Below are positions 8,831 to 18,000 of a stretch of DNA of 64,000 nt, one piece after another (the first letter of the stretch is position 1; every line of letters starts with the position of its first letter). This stretch comes from Macrostomum lignano (lineage: Eukaryota), in NCBI GenBank assembly GCA_002269645.1, contig NIVC01001082.1:1-64000 (forward strand), in the 5' to 3' direction. Position numbers and translations under genes: made by a program. Under the pieces are notes generated by a model, which saw only the letters and a program-made list of their open reading frames with translations, made no database searches and had not been told where the DNA came from.

Positions 8831-10388
8831 AGGAGGATTGTTAGATGTTCAAAAAGGATTAACAAGCTTACCACCAATCTTTACTACTGGTAAATATACA
8901 GGGGAACTACACCTACCATCAATGAACTTCACAGGTTAACCCGTGGCCTGAGTGGTAGAAGCAAAGCTACTGCTAGTCACTATTAGTGGCGATGTCTCCA
9001 AATTGCGTGAAACCCGTCATACAGCTTCAAGTACCACTTCAATTGAGAAATCTTTTGAAGGAACAGAGGTAACTCCTCTTCCCAAAGGTAAAAAGCTTGA
9101 AGACACGGTGGCAATGCGCAGCCAAGCTCCTAAGTATTTTAAATATAAGGAGAAGGTTCAGAGAGCAGACGGAGATGGGCGGTAATTATCGCCGCTTAAG
9201 GTGTGCTCCAGCCTCTTTCGAAAGATTGAGGGTAAACTACCCGGCACTCGCTTAGATTTGAGATTAAATCCTGATGACACCCCAAAAGCCGATTCAATTC
9301 CAATAAATGGGATTGATTGGTTAGCATACTATCACGACTTAGCATATAGAGATGCTGACAAGAACCCGCCCGAGGAAGCATTAAGATTAAAACATGAAGC
9401 CGATCAAAAAATGATTCAAGGATTAGATAACTTGCAGGGATTATCGGTAGGGCAAAGATTAACTAGGTGGATGGTTAAAAAAATTCTACAATCTAAAGTT
9501 AAATTTGGTTTAGGAATTAATTACAACCAACATGGTAATAATTGTGTCGAATGTTTGTTATTAAGTGGTAGTGGGCTAAGTTATGATAAGGCTAAGGTTC
9601 TTCATAAAGAATATCGAAAACCTAAATTTTATAGAAAAATCATGAACTTCAAAAAGAATGAAATTTGGTATGCTGATTTAATGTCGATGCCGAACGAAAG
9701 AGGATATAAATATATCTTAACCATATTAGATGGTTTTACTCGATACGCGTGGGCTGTTCCTTTGAAATCCAAAAAAGGAGAGGATGTTGCTGCTGCTTTT
9801 AGAAGTCTTGGAGAAAAAAGCGAACGTTTGTGTGTTGACGAAGGAAAAGAATTTTACAATCCTCATATGTATAAATTATATCATTTTGAAAAAGGACAAG
9901 AAAGGAAAAAAGACGCGAATGGGGAGTATATTAATAAAATTTATTCTATTTATGGAGAGAGTAAAAACGCATTAATAGAAAGATTTAATAGAACTTTAGG
10001 TAAGAAATTATGGTTTCAGTTTAGTCTTAATGGTAACCAAAAATGGGTAAAAATATTACCAGACGTAGTGAAAGATTATAACAATTCATATCATTCGGCG
10101 ATAAAGATGACTCCTCAACAAGCTTATAACAATCCTGAAAACGTTAAAGTTACTTTTGGAAAATTTGAAAAAAATAAAAAGAAATCTTTTAAGGTTGGTG
10201 ATTCTGTTTATATCTATAAATGGAAAGATAAGTTTGAAAAAGGAAGAAAAGGATATTGGAAGATAAGTGAGAAATTTACTATCAGTAAAGTTTTAAATAC
10301 CAATCCTACAACCTATATAATTGCTGATAAGGACGGTGAAGAAATATTGGGTTCGTTTTATGAGAACCAACTAATATCAGCGAACTAA
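8778..10388 (+). CDS. PLA2 (parvovirus VP1u-like) - DDE/rve integrase fusion, 435 aa after splicing; exon 1 8778-8936, exon 2 9240-10388
   Basis: Exon 1 ends GELHLPSMNFTG and exon 2 starts PGTRL..PINGIDWLAYYHDLAY (Ca loop plus HDxxY). Integrase motifs WYADL, CVDEGKEF, IERFNRTL, YNNSYHS and GSFYENQL follow in the same frame. Confidence 0.9.
8783..8818. repeat. 36-bp double-hairpin cassette, copy 3 (HNH/PLA2 overlap)
   Basis: caaccgaacGAAgttcgcgttccTTCggaacgatca. Confidence 0.8.
8937..9239 (+). ncRNA. Group I self-splicing intron (IC-like architecture with P2, P2.1, P5abc), 303 nt, no ORF, terminal A
   Basis: P AAAUUGCGUGAAA 9000-9012; Q CAAUGCGCA 9112-9120; R GUUCAGAGAGCA 9156-9167; S UAAGGUGUGCUCC 9197-9209. 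P3 GUCUCC/GGAGAU; P7 G(A)GAGCA/UGCUCC; P1 CAGGU/GCCUG with a U.G pair at the splice site. Removal restores NFTG-PGT. Confidence 0.93.
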
Positions 10389-10398
10389 GTTCGAACAA

Positions 10399-10623
10399 TT
10401 ACTTGAGACAACATGGTAGTAAATTTTTTATAACAAACAAAAACAATATTATTACTATAATTGTTACTAATATTATTATTGACATTTGTTCAACTGTTAT
10501 CAAACTTAAATTTTCATTAAGTTCATTAATCGGCACATTTCCGATGTAGGAATAGTTTACCTTCATTTTTTTATATATATTTTTCACAATAAATGTCGTT
10601 TCTGTTATAGAATAATAGTTCAT
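10399..10623 (-). CDS. Small membrane protein (74 aa, C-terminal TM helix ending PCCLK)
   Basis: IIILVTIIVIILFLFVI hydrophobic run. Confidence 0.55.
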   Translation of the reverse strand: MNYYSITETTFIVKNIYKKMKVNYSYIGNVPINELNENLSLITVEQMSIIILVTIIVIILFLFVIKNLLPCCLK

Positions 10624-10639
10624 TTTTTAAATATTTTTT

Positions 10640-10954
10640 TCACATAAAAATTTCACTTTCATTCTCTGAATCACTGGTTTCATATGAACTATTTGTTGAT
10701 TCGGAATCTGTTGATCTAACCTCCCAATCATCCGAATTTAAATAATCTCCAAGTTGAAATATTAACTCACCCTCTTGTTCTAAATCATACATCTCATCTA
10801 GCTCTAATGGATAAAGTTTTAGGTCGTGCTTGTCGTCATATTTTAAATAAACTTCATCAATTATTCCATTCAAAATATGTTGTTTTATTATCTCTGCATT
10901 TTTAGCAACAGTCTCAAAAGTATCACTAACAGAAAAGGTGTAAACTCGGGTCAT
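10640..10954 (-). CDS. Hypothetical acidic viral protein (104 aa)
   Basis: Intact ORF with a Ser/Glu-rich tail. Confidence 0.6.
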   Translation of the reverse strand: MTRVYTFSVSDTFETVAKNAEIIKQHILNGIIDEVYLKYDDKHDLKLYPLELDEMYDLEQEGELIFQLGDYLNSDDWEVRSTDSESTNSSYETSDSENESEIFM

Positions 10955-11011
10955 TTTTAGTATCAGAAAAAGACCCTTCGCGCCTGCGGCGCGGGCAAGG
11001 GGTTATAGAGT

Positions 11012-11279
11012 AGTAGTATAGAAAAAGACGCTTCTAGATCAGACCTTATTTTAATGGCCGTTTGTAAGGTCTTAGGAGGGGGGACGCGAGGGGGGTGTTG
11101 GGGAGTGTTTGGAAGTGTTGGGAAGTGATTTTTATTGTTAGGGGTGATTATGGGTGATTAGATGTGTTAATGGTGTTTAGATGTGTTTTTTTATTTACCC
11201 CCCGTGTCCCCCCTCTAGACCCTTAAAACGGTCATTAAAAAAGTGCTCTGGGTCTAGAAGCGTCTTTTTCTATACTACT
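11012..11279. repeat. Polinton terminal region with an internal inverted copy of the terminus
   Basis: agtagtatagaaaaagacgcttctaga (11012-11038) is the exact reverse complement of 11253-11279, and the match extends imperfectly to about 80 bp. Confidence 0.9.
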
Positions 11280-12571
11280 GAGGCCGACAAGGAGGAGGAG
11301 GATCGAGACGGGTATTTAAGCGCGACCAATGAGAGATGATCTGAGTTCTTATCTGCCCAGCCCTGATTTGTGCAATATTTCACTATATTGAATGCTCTCG
11401 GGTCATGAAGCCGCTCCTTAAATTTTCCTTAAAAGGGTAGAGAGCAGTGGGACAGTAAAGAGTATAGATAGGGTAGGGTGCGATCGAAATTCCTAAAACA
11501 GCAAAAGAGCATATCATAATAAGCCAACGAGGATTTGCAAATGGCACCAACAAATGTGACTGTACACTATTTCGAAAGTCTAAAGTCATAAAGCGAGTCT
11601 TTATTTTCACAGTACACAAAGTTTTAAAACTGATTGATAAAATTTTCATGTAACCTAAGTTTGGTTTGACGCAGGCACACCTCTACTAATCGTATTGTCG
11701 TGCACGTGTCAAACGAAAACTTTCTACACGAAGCATGATTCACTTGGCAATACAAAAAAATAAATTAATTATGTGCAGAGGCCAGAGGCTGAGCTGAGAA
11801 GTGAGAAAGAGTGGCGGATTATATTAATGCCTTATTTTTGTTATAATAAACTGAGTCTGTCGCATGCAAAACGCACTACTTTCAATGGAATAGATAGGGT
11901 GCAAATTGCCCACGGCTAACAAAAATATAATAAATAAATTAATTTTTTGATAACCACTGTTTAAAAGTATTTAAAATGAATAATTTTATTAGCAAAATAT
12001 TACACGAAGACTGTCTAAAACTTATGAGGCGCAATTTTTATTAAATGAAAATTATAATTAGCTAAAATTAAATAAGTAAGAAAACAATAAATAAAATATA
12101 TTGAACATTTAGTATTATCATAATAAAAATAAATTGGCTTGCTTTCGTCGCAAATTATAACGTGTGCAGTGAATTCGGATAAATAATAAACACGATTTAA
12201 ATTAAAAATGTTTTCATTAACGGCTTATATTCTTAAATTTAATTATCTCTTTCTTTTATGCAATATTAATCATATATAGCTTTCTATATTCAATATATAA
12301 ATAGCATGGTATTTGTATTATTCGTTCGTATATTTTATAATTAAAATATTTGCTACATTAGGTACATGTTTGGTAATTGGTATTTGCTAAAATTAAAAAT
12401 ATACCTGTGGTGATTAACAGCATACTAGCAAACTTCATTTTTAAGCTCCAGGATCTGAGATGGTCAATAATATATTACTTGCAATTATTCAATATATTGC
12501 GACAAAAATAAACCAAAACAATACTACTTAACCAACTATTAAGTTATTATAATAAACATTGACCGTTATGA

Positions 12572-13801
12572 TTAAACACTTTGAATCTTTCCACCAGTGC
12601 TACTAGAAGCGGCAGCGGCAGCGGCAGATTTCAATTTCTGCTGCTGCAACTGTTGCAGATGCAGCTGGTGCAGCTGGCGCATATCGTTGGCCCTGGAGGC
12701 CGCGTATCCGAGAGTGCCGAGCAGGATCAGAAACACCGACAGCCACCACAGCGGGCTTGTGCTCTGCCGGAAGTAGAACACCGCAACCAGCGTCTGCGCA
12801 GTGGTGTGAGCGCTATTGCTAATCACCAGGGTTAGCGGAGAGGTCACGTGAATCACTCGATACGTCAGCACGCCGAACGCCGCGGTGCCAATGTTAGACA
12901 GGACCAGAGTGGCCAAGAAGCCGGGGGTGATCAGTTCAGTCCAGTGCTGGCGCAGCAGCCACAGCTGGTCTGTGCACATCAGCAGCGGCAGGAACAGCAC
13001 AGCGCAGGTGGCATTCAGAGCGCAGGTGAGCAGCATTGGCGAATAGGCAAAGCTGGGCAGCACCTTCTTAGTCAGGGTTGTCTCCATAGAGGCGAACAAG
13101 CTCGACACGGTGCCGAATATGAAGCCTTTGAAGGTGACACTGTCGAGCGACTGGTTGACGCCCAGGCTGAAGCCGGCGATCACCACTCCGCAGCAGGCGA
13201 GGCTCGACCGGCGAACCGGCGAGCTGAGCAGCCAGTACGTGAATGCCAAGGTGAACACGACAGTCAGTGAGCGAGATATCTGCAGGCAGGCGACGCCAAC
13301 CTGCCGTAGCGACATCCGGTTAAAGGTGAGCATACCGATGAAGCTCAGGCAGAGCGGTAGGAAAGCTCGGTTGCGGGTCAGAAGGTCTCGAACCTTCAGC
13401 TGGAGCAGCTGGTCGCGCTGCCACGTCCAGATCAGCGGGGCCAACAGGATGCTGGCGCTCATAGTCTGCACTGCGGACAGCAGGATGGCGAGGTTAGGCA
13501 GTCGGTGATCCACCAGGAAGCTGTTCGAGAAGGTGATAGTGGAGGATAGGATCCAGTGCGCCGCCAGAACCAGCAGTACGTTCAGGTCGGAGCGCCAGCC
13601 ACCGCCGACGTCGCCGCTAGCGGTATCGCTGTCCTCGGAGTCCGAGCAGGTCGACAAGGAAGCCGTACTAGGCGACCTTGGCGCGTCATTCGATGGCATC
13701 TTAGTCAACGAGGAGGCACTGCCAGATTCCAGATTGCAGTCTTGATTAGCCACCGCTGCTGCTGACGACCTAAAGACGTCCGTGTCACCAGCTGTTGTCA
13801 T
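12572..13801 (-). CDS. SLC35C1: GDP-fucose transporter-like nucleotide-sugar transporter (SLC35C1-like), single exon
   Basis: Multi-TM protein with GVA....RSLTVVF, FGTVSSLFAS....LTKKVLP and VTSPLT...S....TAQT..AV motifs. Confidence 0.75.
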   Translation of the reverse strand: MTTAGDTDVFRSSAAAVANQDCNLESGSASSLTKMPSNDAPRSPSTASLSTCSDSEDSDTASGDVGGGWRSDLNVLLVLAAHWILSSTITFSNSFLVDHRLPNLAILLSAVQTMSASILLAPLIWTWQRDQLLQLKVRDLLTRNRAFLPLCLSFIGMLTFNRMSLRQVGVACLQISRSLTVVFTLAFTYWLLSSPVRRSSLACCGVVIAGFSLGVNQSLDSVTFKGFIFGTVSSLFASMETTLTKKVLPSFAYSPMLLTCALNATCAVLFLPLLMCTDQLWLLRQHWTELITPGFLATLVLSNIGTAAFGVLTYRVIHVTSPLTLVISNSAHTTAQTLVAVFYFRQSTSPLWWLSVFLILLGTLGYAASRANDMRQLHQLHLQQLQQQKLKSAAAAAASSSTGGKIQSV

Positions 13802-15072
13802 GACAAACGGCGCATCTACCTATGCTCCGATCGGAACAACTCTCTAGAGCAAGGGTTCTGCTGGTTCGCCGTCTTTATTTTCAATAATTTTTCACTGCTG
13901 TCCGCCTGAAACCTATTTGCTCACGTGTCTCTCTCTCTCCTCTCTCCGGCCCCTCTAACGGCCGTTTTTCTCCTTTCCAACTTTTTGGAACTGTAAAGAA
14001 TTTCACAGCTCGAATGAGAAGTAAGAGAGAGAGAGCGGAGTGCTTGCAAAAGCGAGATATACAATAGTAATAGTGGCACAGGGCACAGTAGTTGCAGGCG
14101 ACCTATGAGGAACTTGTATAAGGACGAATGCAAATGCTATCCCTTTGCCACTATACCCGTGCCCCGCTCCCAACACAGCTGTTCCTACACTGCCATTGGT
14201 TTGCAAGCTTTGGGTCTATGCTGTATTGTTCTCTATTAGGGGCAGAGTCAGAGAGCTAAATAGAAGAAATCGATTGTGGGCGCGCTCTGAGTACGTGACA
14301 AGCAACCACTATATACTTAAACCCTTCTTGCTCCTTCGCCAATCTTTCGCTTCCTTCTCATAGCTGTTCGACGTTTAGCTTCGATCTTGCAAGTAGCTAA
14401 GGAGAAGTTGGTCGTAGAAAATTTTTGAGAAAAGGAAACTCACGTTTCAACTACTCTATTTCGTTATATTTGCTTAGTATAGGGAAGTCGTAGGCAGCTT
14501 GCAGCTCGCATACTTTCCTTGAATCTCGACTTGGCTCTGCTCGTGCAATTAACGGCTTAACGCCTTTGAGGGCCAACCTCCCTAAAGGTACAGTGAAGTG
14601 TACATGCCTAACGATAATTAAGTTAGGGCTCTTGGGGGTATGGGGTGGTTGCTGAGATGCCAAGGGTCAATTTCAATTGGAAATTATCGGTAGGCCAAGC
14701 CAAAGGTAGCAAAATTGTGGCAAAACAGTTGTCGTGATACAGTTAAATTTGAGAGAAAATGCACTAGAAAGATTAGAGCTGCCTGAATAACAATTAATCT
14801 ATCATAAAGCAACTGAGGCATAAAACTAAATGAGGCCGGATTTCAACGCAAAGCTTAACTTAGCTATTGTACATACAATAGGAAAGACTTTAAGTTAGCT
14901 TGGTTGGCAGTTTACAATAAATATTCCTGCCGGATCGAATCAAGACCAGAGTACCAATTCAAATGCAATAATATACTGGCTTCACTGCGCTTCACATGCT
15001 GGAGTGGAAATCGAAGGACCATAACTAGATGCTATTTTTAGAACTGCAAACGTCACAGGCCTGTAATAAAAG

Positions 15073-18000
15073 TTGACTTACTTGACTTAGCTGCAGGGGG
15101 GCGTCCGGCGGATGCAGCGAAAAGGCGGAGACCGCCCATTCCGCTAGCCCCTGGCGACCAATGGCTTCCGTCGAAGCGATGTCGCGCAGGGGAACCCGTC
15201 GGTCTGCAGCGCGGTCCTCCTCACCAGCGGTGGGGAAGAAATCAGCTCGTCCCGTGTCCCTAGGGTACCGGGCGAGCAGCGGGATGCTCACGGGCCTGCA
15301 AACGTCGGAAAGAACCGACATAGTGAGTGAGCCTGGCCCTGGTGAAAGCCGGGCAGTGGCAGATAAAGTGCTCGGCGTTTTCACTGCCTGAGCGGCAGAA
15401 GGGGCACCGCTCCTCGGGTACTTGGCCCTGAAGGAAGCGGTGGCGAGAGAAGCAGCCATGCCTGGAGAGGGCCATGCTGACTGCTCTGAGGACTCTGCGG
15501 TTGAGCCTGAGGAGGGCTCTACGCAGGTGAGGAGAGGGGCAGGGGACGGCCGCACGGGAATTGCCTACTATTCCGGGTGTCCTGCCACCTGTTGAGATGC
15601 TCGGAGTCAGTCCAGCGCTTAACGCGGGAATTGATCCCCGAGGCGGGCATCGGGGCCCCCGGGCCTGGCCCTAGCAGCGCGCCGGCGGAGCCAGCCTTGG
15701 CCAGCAGGTCAGCGCGCTCGTTGCCGAGGAAACCAGCGTGGCCCGGGATCCATCTGAGCTCCACCTGGTTGCCTAGCGCAAGCCCGTTGAGCTGGGCGTT
15801 GCAGTCCAGGACAGATCTGGACAGACAGGACAGACAGGACAGACATTGTCGAAGGCCCCCTCAATGTCCAGGAAAAGCGAGAGGGCAAAGCCGCTGCCAA
15901 GAACGGCCCTCTCCAGGAAGTCAACAATGACATGGAGGGCACTCTCGGTAGACCTGCCCGCGCGGAAGGCGTGCTGGTTCTGCGAGAGTGGAAAGGGCTT
16001 CAACACGACCGAAAGTAGTCGCCAAAGCACCAGTCTTTCGAGGAGCTTGAGGCAGAAAGATGTGAGGCTGATAGGCCTGAAGGCCTTCACCGATTGATAG
16101 TCTCTCTTTCCAGGCTTGGGGATAAAGACCACCCGGGCCTCTCTCCACGCAACTGGTACATAGCCCAGCTCCACACAAGCTCGGAGGAGACGACAGAGCA
16201 GGTCCAGGAAGCGTTGGTTTTTCACCGCCTCGTGCAAGAAAGCTGGGTAGATGCCGTCGGGCCCAGGCGCCTTGAACGGGTTAAAGGACCTTGCCGCTCT
16301 AATAATGCGGTCTTTGGTGATTATAGACTTCGCTAGGCCTTGCCCTCCAACGGTGTGGTCAGATAGGCCCTGCTGAGTCGGAGATTTAGGGAGGAGACTA
16401 TGGAGCTTTAGAGTTTCGTCAGAGCTCTCTGTGACCGAGCCATCAGGTCTGATCTTCACAACAGAGAGTTTAGAAAAACGGTCATTCGTGAGTGCCTTTA
16501 CCATGCGGGCTACGGGGCAAGAGCCCTCAAGCCCTTCGCAGTATTGGCGTCACTTGGCCGTCTTGGCCCTTCTGACTTGGCCCTTAAATTTGTGGATCGC
16601 ATGGGTATAGGCCTCTCTATCAGATGGGTCTTTGGTTTTGAGCGCTCGCCTTTGGAGGGTCCTGGCTCGGCACCGAAGGGCCCCGAGCTCTGGGTTCCAC
16701 CAGGGAGCAGATTTCTTGCCTTTGTAGGCCTTTAGAGGGCAGGCTACCTCAAAGGCAGTGGTGATCGCCCCGCCCAGGGAGGAGGCGAGATCATCCACAA
16801 CCCGGCAGTCAGAGAGGTCACTGGGGAGGTCAAGATCCCGAATGTCGCGGCTCAGCTTCGAGCCAAAGACGGCACAATCGGTATTCCTGACGTTCCTCGT
16901 GAGAGTGAGACCTCCTCCCACACTCGCCAGCCCGTAACTGTGGACAGAAGTCCGGGTGAGGCGATGGTGGTGTCGATGACTTCGGCCCACAGCCCGTTAT
17001 TAAACTTTGGTGCATTGCCCACGTTACAGAAGTTGAGGTTCGTGCTGCTGACGTAGGCCAGCTCCTCGCTTCTGTTGTTGGTGCTCTTGCTGCCCAAATG
17101 CAGGTGGTGCGCGTTCACATCCCCTGCAATGAGCAGTTCGAACCGGCGGGACGCGACGTAGTCAATGAGGTTGACTAGCGCGTCGCAGACTACTGGGGCA
17201 TCGCCTGGGAAATAGGCAGATGCTGCCAGCACGCGTTTATTGGGAAGGAGGTTATTGGTTTGAACAACACAGATGTCCCCGGTCGAGAGATCAGGTCTCA
17301 TTCATGCCTCAAAAGCTTTTGCAGCAAAGACCAGAGATCTTGGTGAGAGTCCGCCATGCAAAAGCAGTGGTAGTCAGATGGCACATTATTTGGCGTACCT
17401 TTAGTCATCCAGGGCTCCTGCACGAAAAACAGGCCCGGAAGCTGTTGCTCTGTCGTGCGCATCAGGTTGAATGACGCCGCCACGCAGTGCTGGGTGTTGA
17501 TCTGCAGACACCAGGTAGCCGCTGGCATCATTGCAGATCGGGCGTTGCAGCCGCCAGGAGTTCCTCCTCCTCCTCGGCGCTCACCAGCTTCGGGTCAGGG
17601 TCACCGGTGTCCATGGGCTCCTCTTCAACAAAAGGCCACTGGCCAGTCGATCGGAAGGCAGTAGGCAGCGTTCGCCGCCCTTCGCCCATCGGCTACGGGG
17701 TCCTCCGTCTCGGAGTGGCCCAATGCCCTGGAGCAGCCAGCCGCCTGGGCAGGCGGGTCCGTCTCCAGTCGGCCCTGCGGCCGAGGGGTTGGGCCCAGCT
17801 GAGACGTCCCCACCCTCCCTGGACGAGCTGCTGCGCCTGGGCGTCCCGGCGACCTCTCTCCTCAGCTGGGTGATTTTAGCGGTGCGGACCGCCTCAGCTG
17901 CGCGCTGGTACAGGCCGCGCCGTCTGGTGCTGCGCGCTTCTGCTAGTGCTGAATTCCTTCTGCTTTGAGCTCTAAGCGCATGGAACGAAACAGAACAGTA
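15073..18000 (-). mobile_element. Degenerate LOA/I-group non-LTR retrotransposon (APE - partial RT - RNase H - CCHC), 5'-truncated and internally deleted
   Basis: QINTQH, VQEPW, GDVNAHH, KAPGPDGI, FRPISLTSF, FLDIEGAFDNV, WIPGHAGFLGNERADLLAK, CPFC...HFICHC; short 3' tandem repeat ttgactta at 15073-15090. Confidence 0.9.

Larger units (their letters stand above)
1..11279. mobile_element. Polinton/Maverick (adintovirus-like) endogenous dsDNA virus, right-hand portion; left end and any pPolB lie outside the window
   Basis: AT-rich, gene-dense block without spliceosomal introns. Encodes MCP, penton, A32 ATPase, adenain-like protease, DDE integrase and PLA2. Ends in TATACTACT at 11279 (Polinton AGT/ACT terminus), then switches to host-like sequence. 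Confidence 0.95.

Noticed and set aside
8952-9185. 77-aa ORF in the track between HNH and integrase
   Set aside because: It lies wholly within the group I intron core, has a non-ATG start and no motifs; it is not an intron-encoded endonuclease.
8935-9239. Spliceosomal GT-AG reading of the PLA2 insertion (ACAG|GTTAAC)
   Set aside because: The nearest AG (9229-30) gives an immediate TAA, and no AG precedes the PGT codons in the right phase; the group I structure explains both boundaries.
9201-9239. GTG start of the 395-aa PLA2/integrase ORF
   Set aside because: These codons are intron P7/P9 sequence; the N-terminal half of the PLA2 motif is upstream in exon 1.
1-11279. Bacterial or phage contamination suggested by phage-like fiber motifs and the intron
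   Set aside because: The gene set is Polinton-specific, and a proper AGT/ACT terminus joins directly to host DNA.
11012-11279. Calling the terminal palindrome an independent insertion
   Set aside because: Flanks tagagt (or ttatag) and gaggcc do not form a target-site duplication; kept only as an alternative hypothesis.
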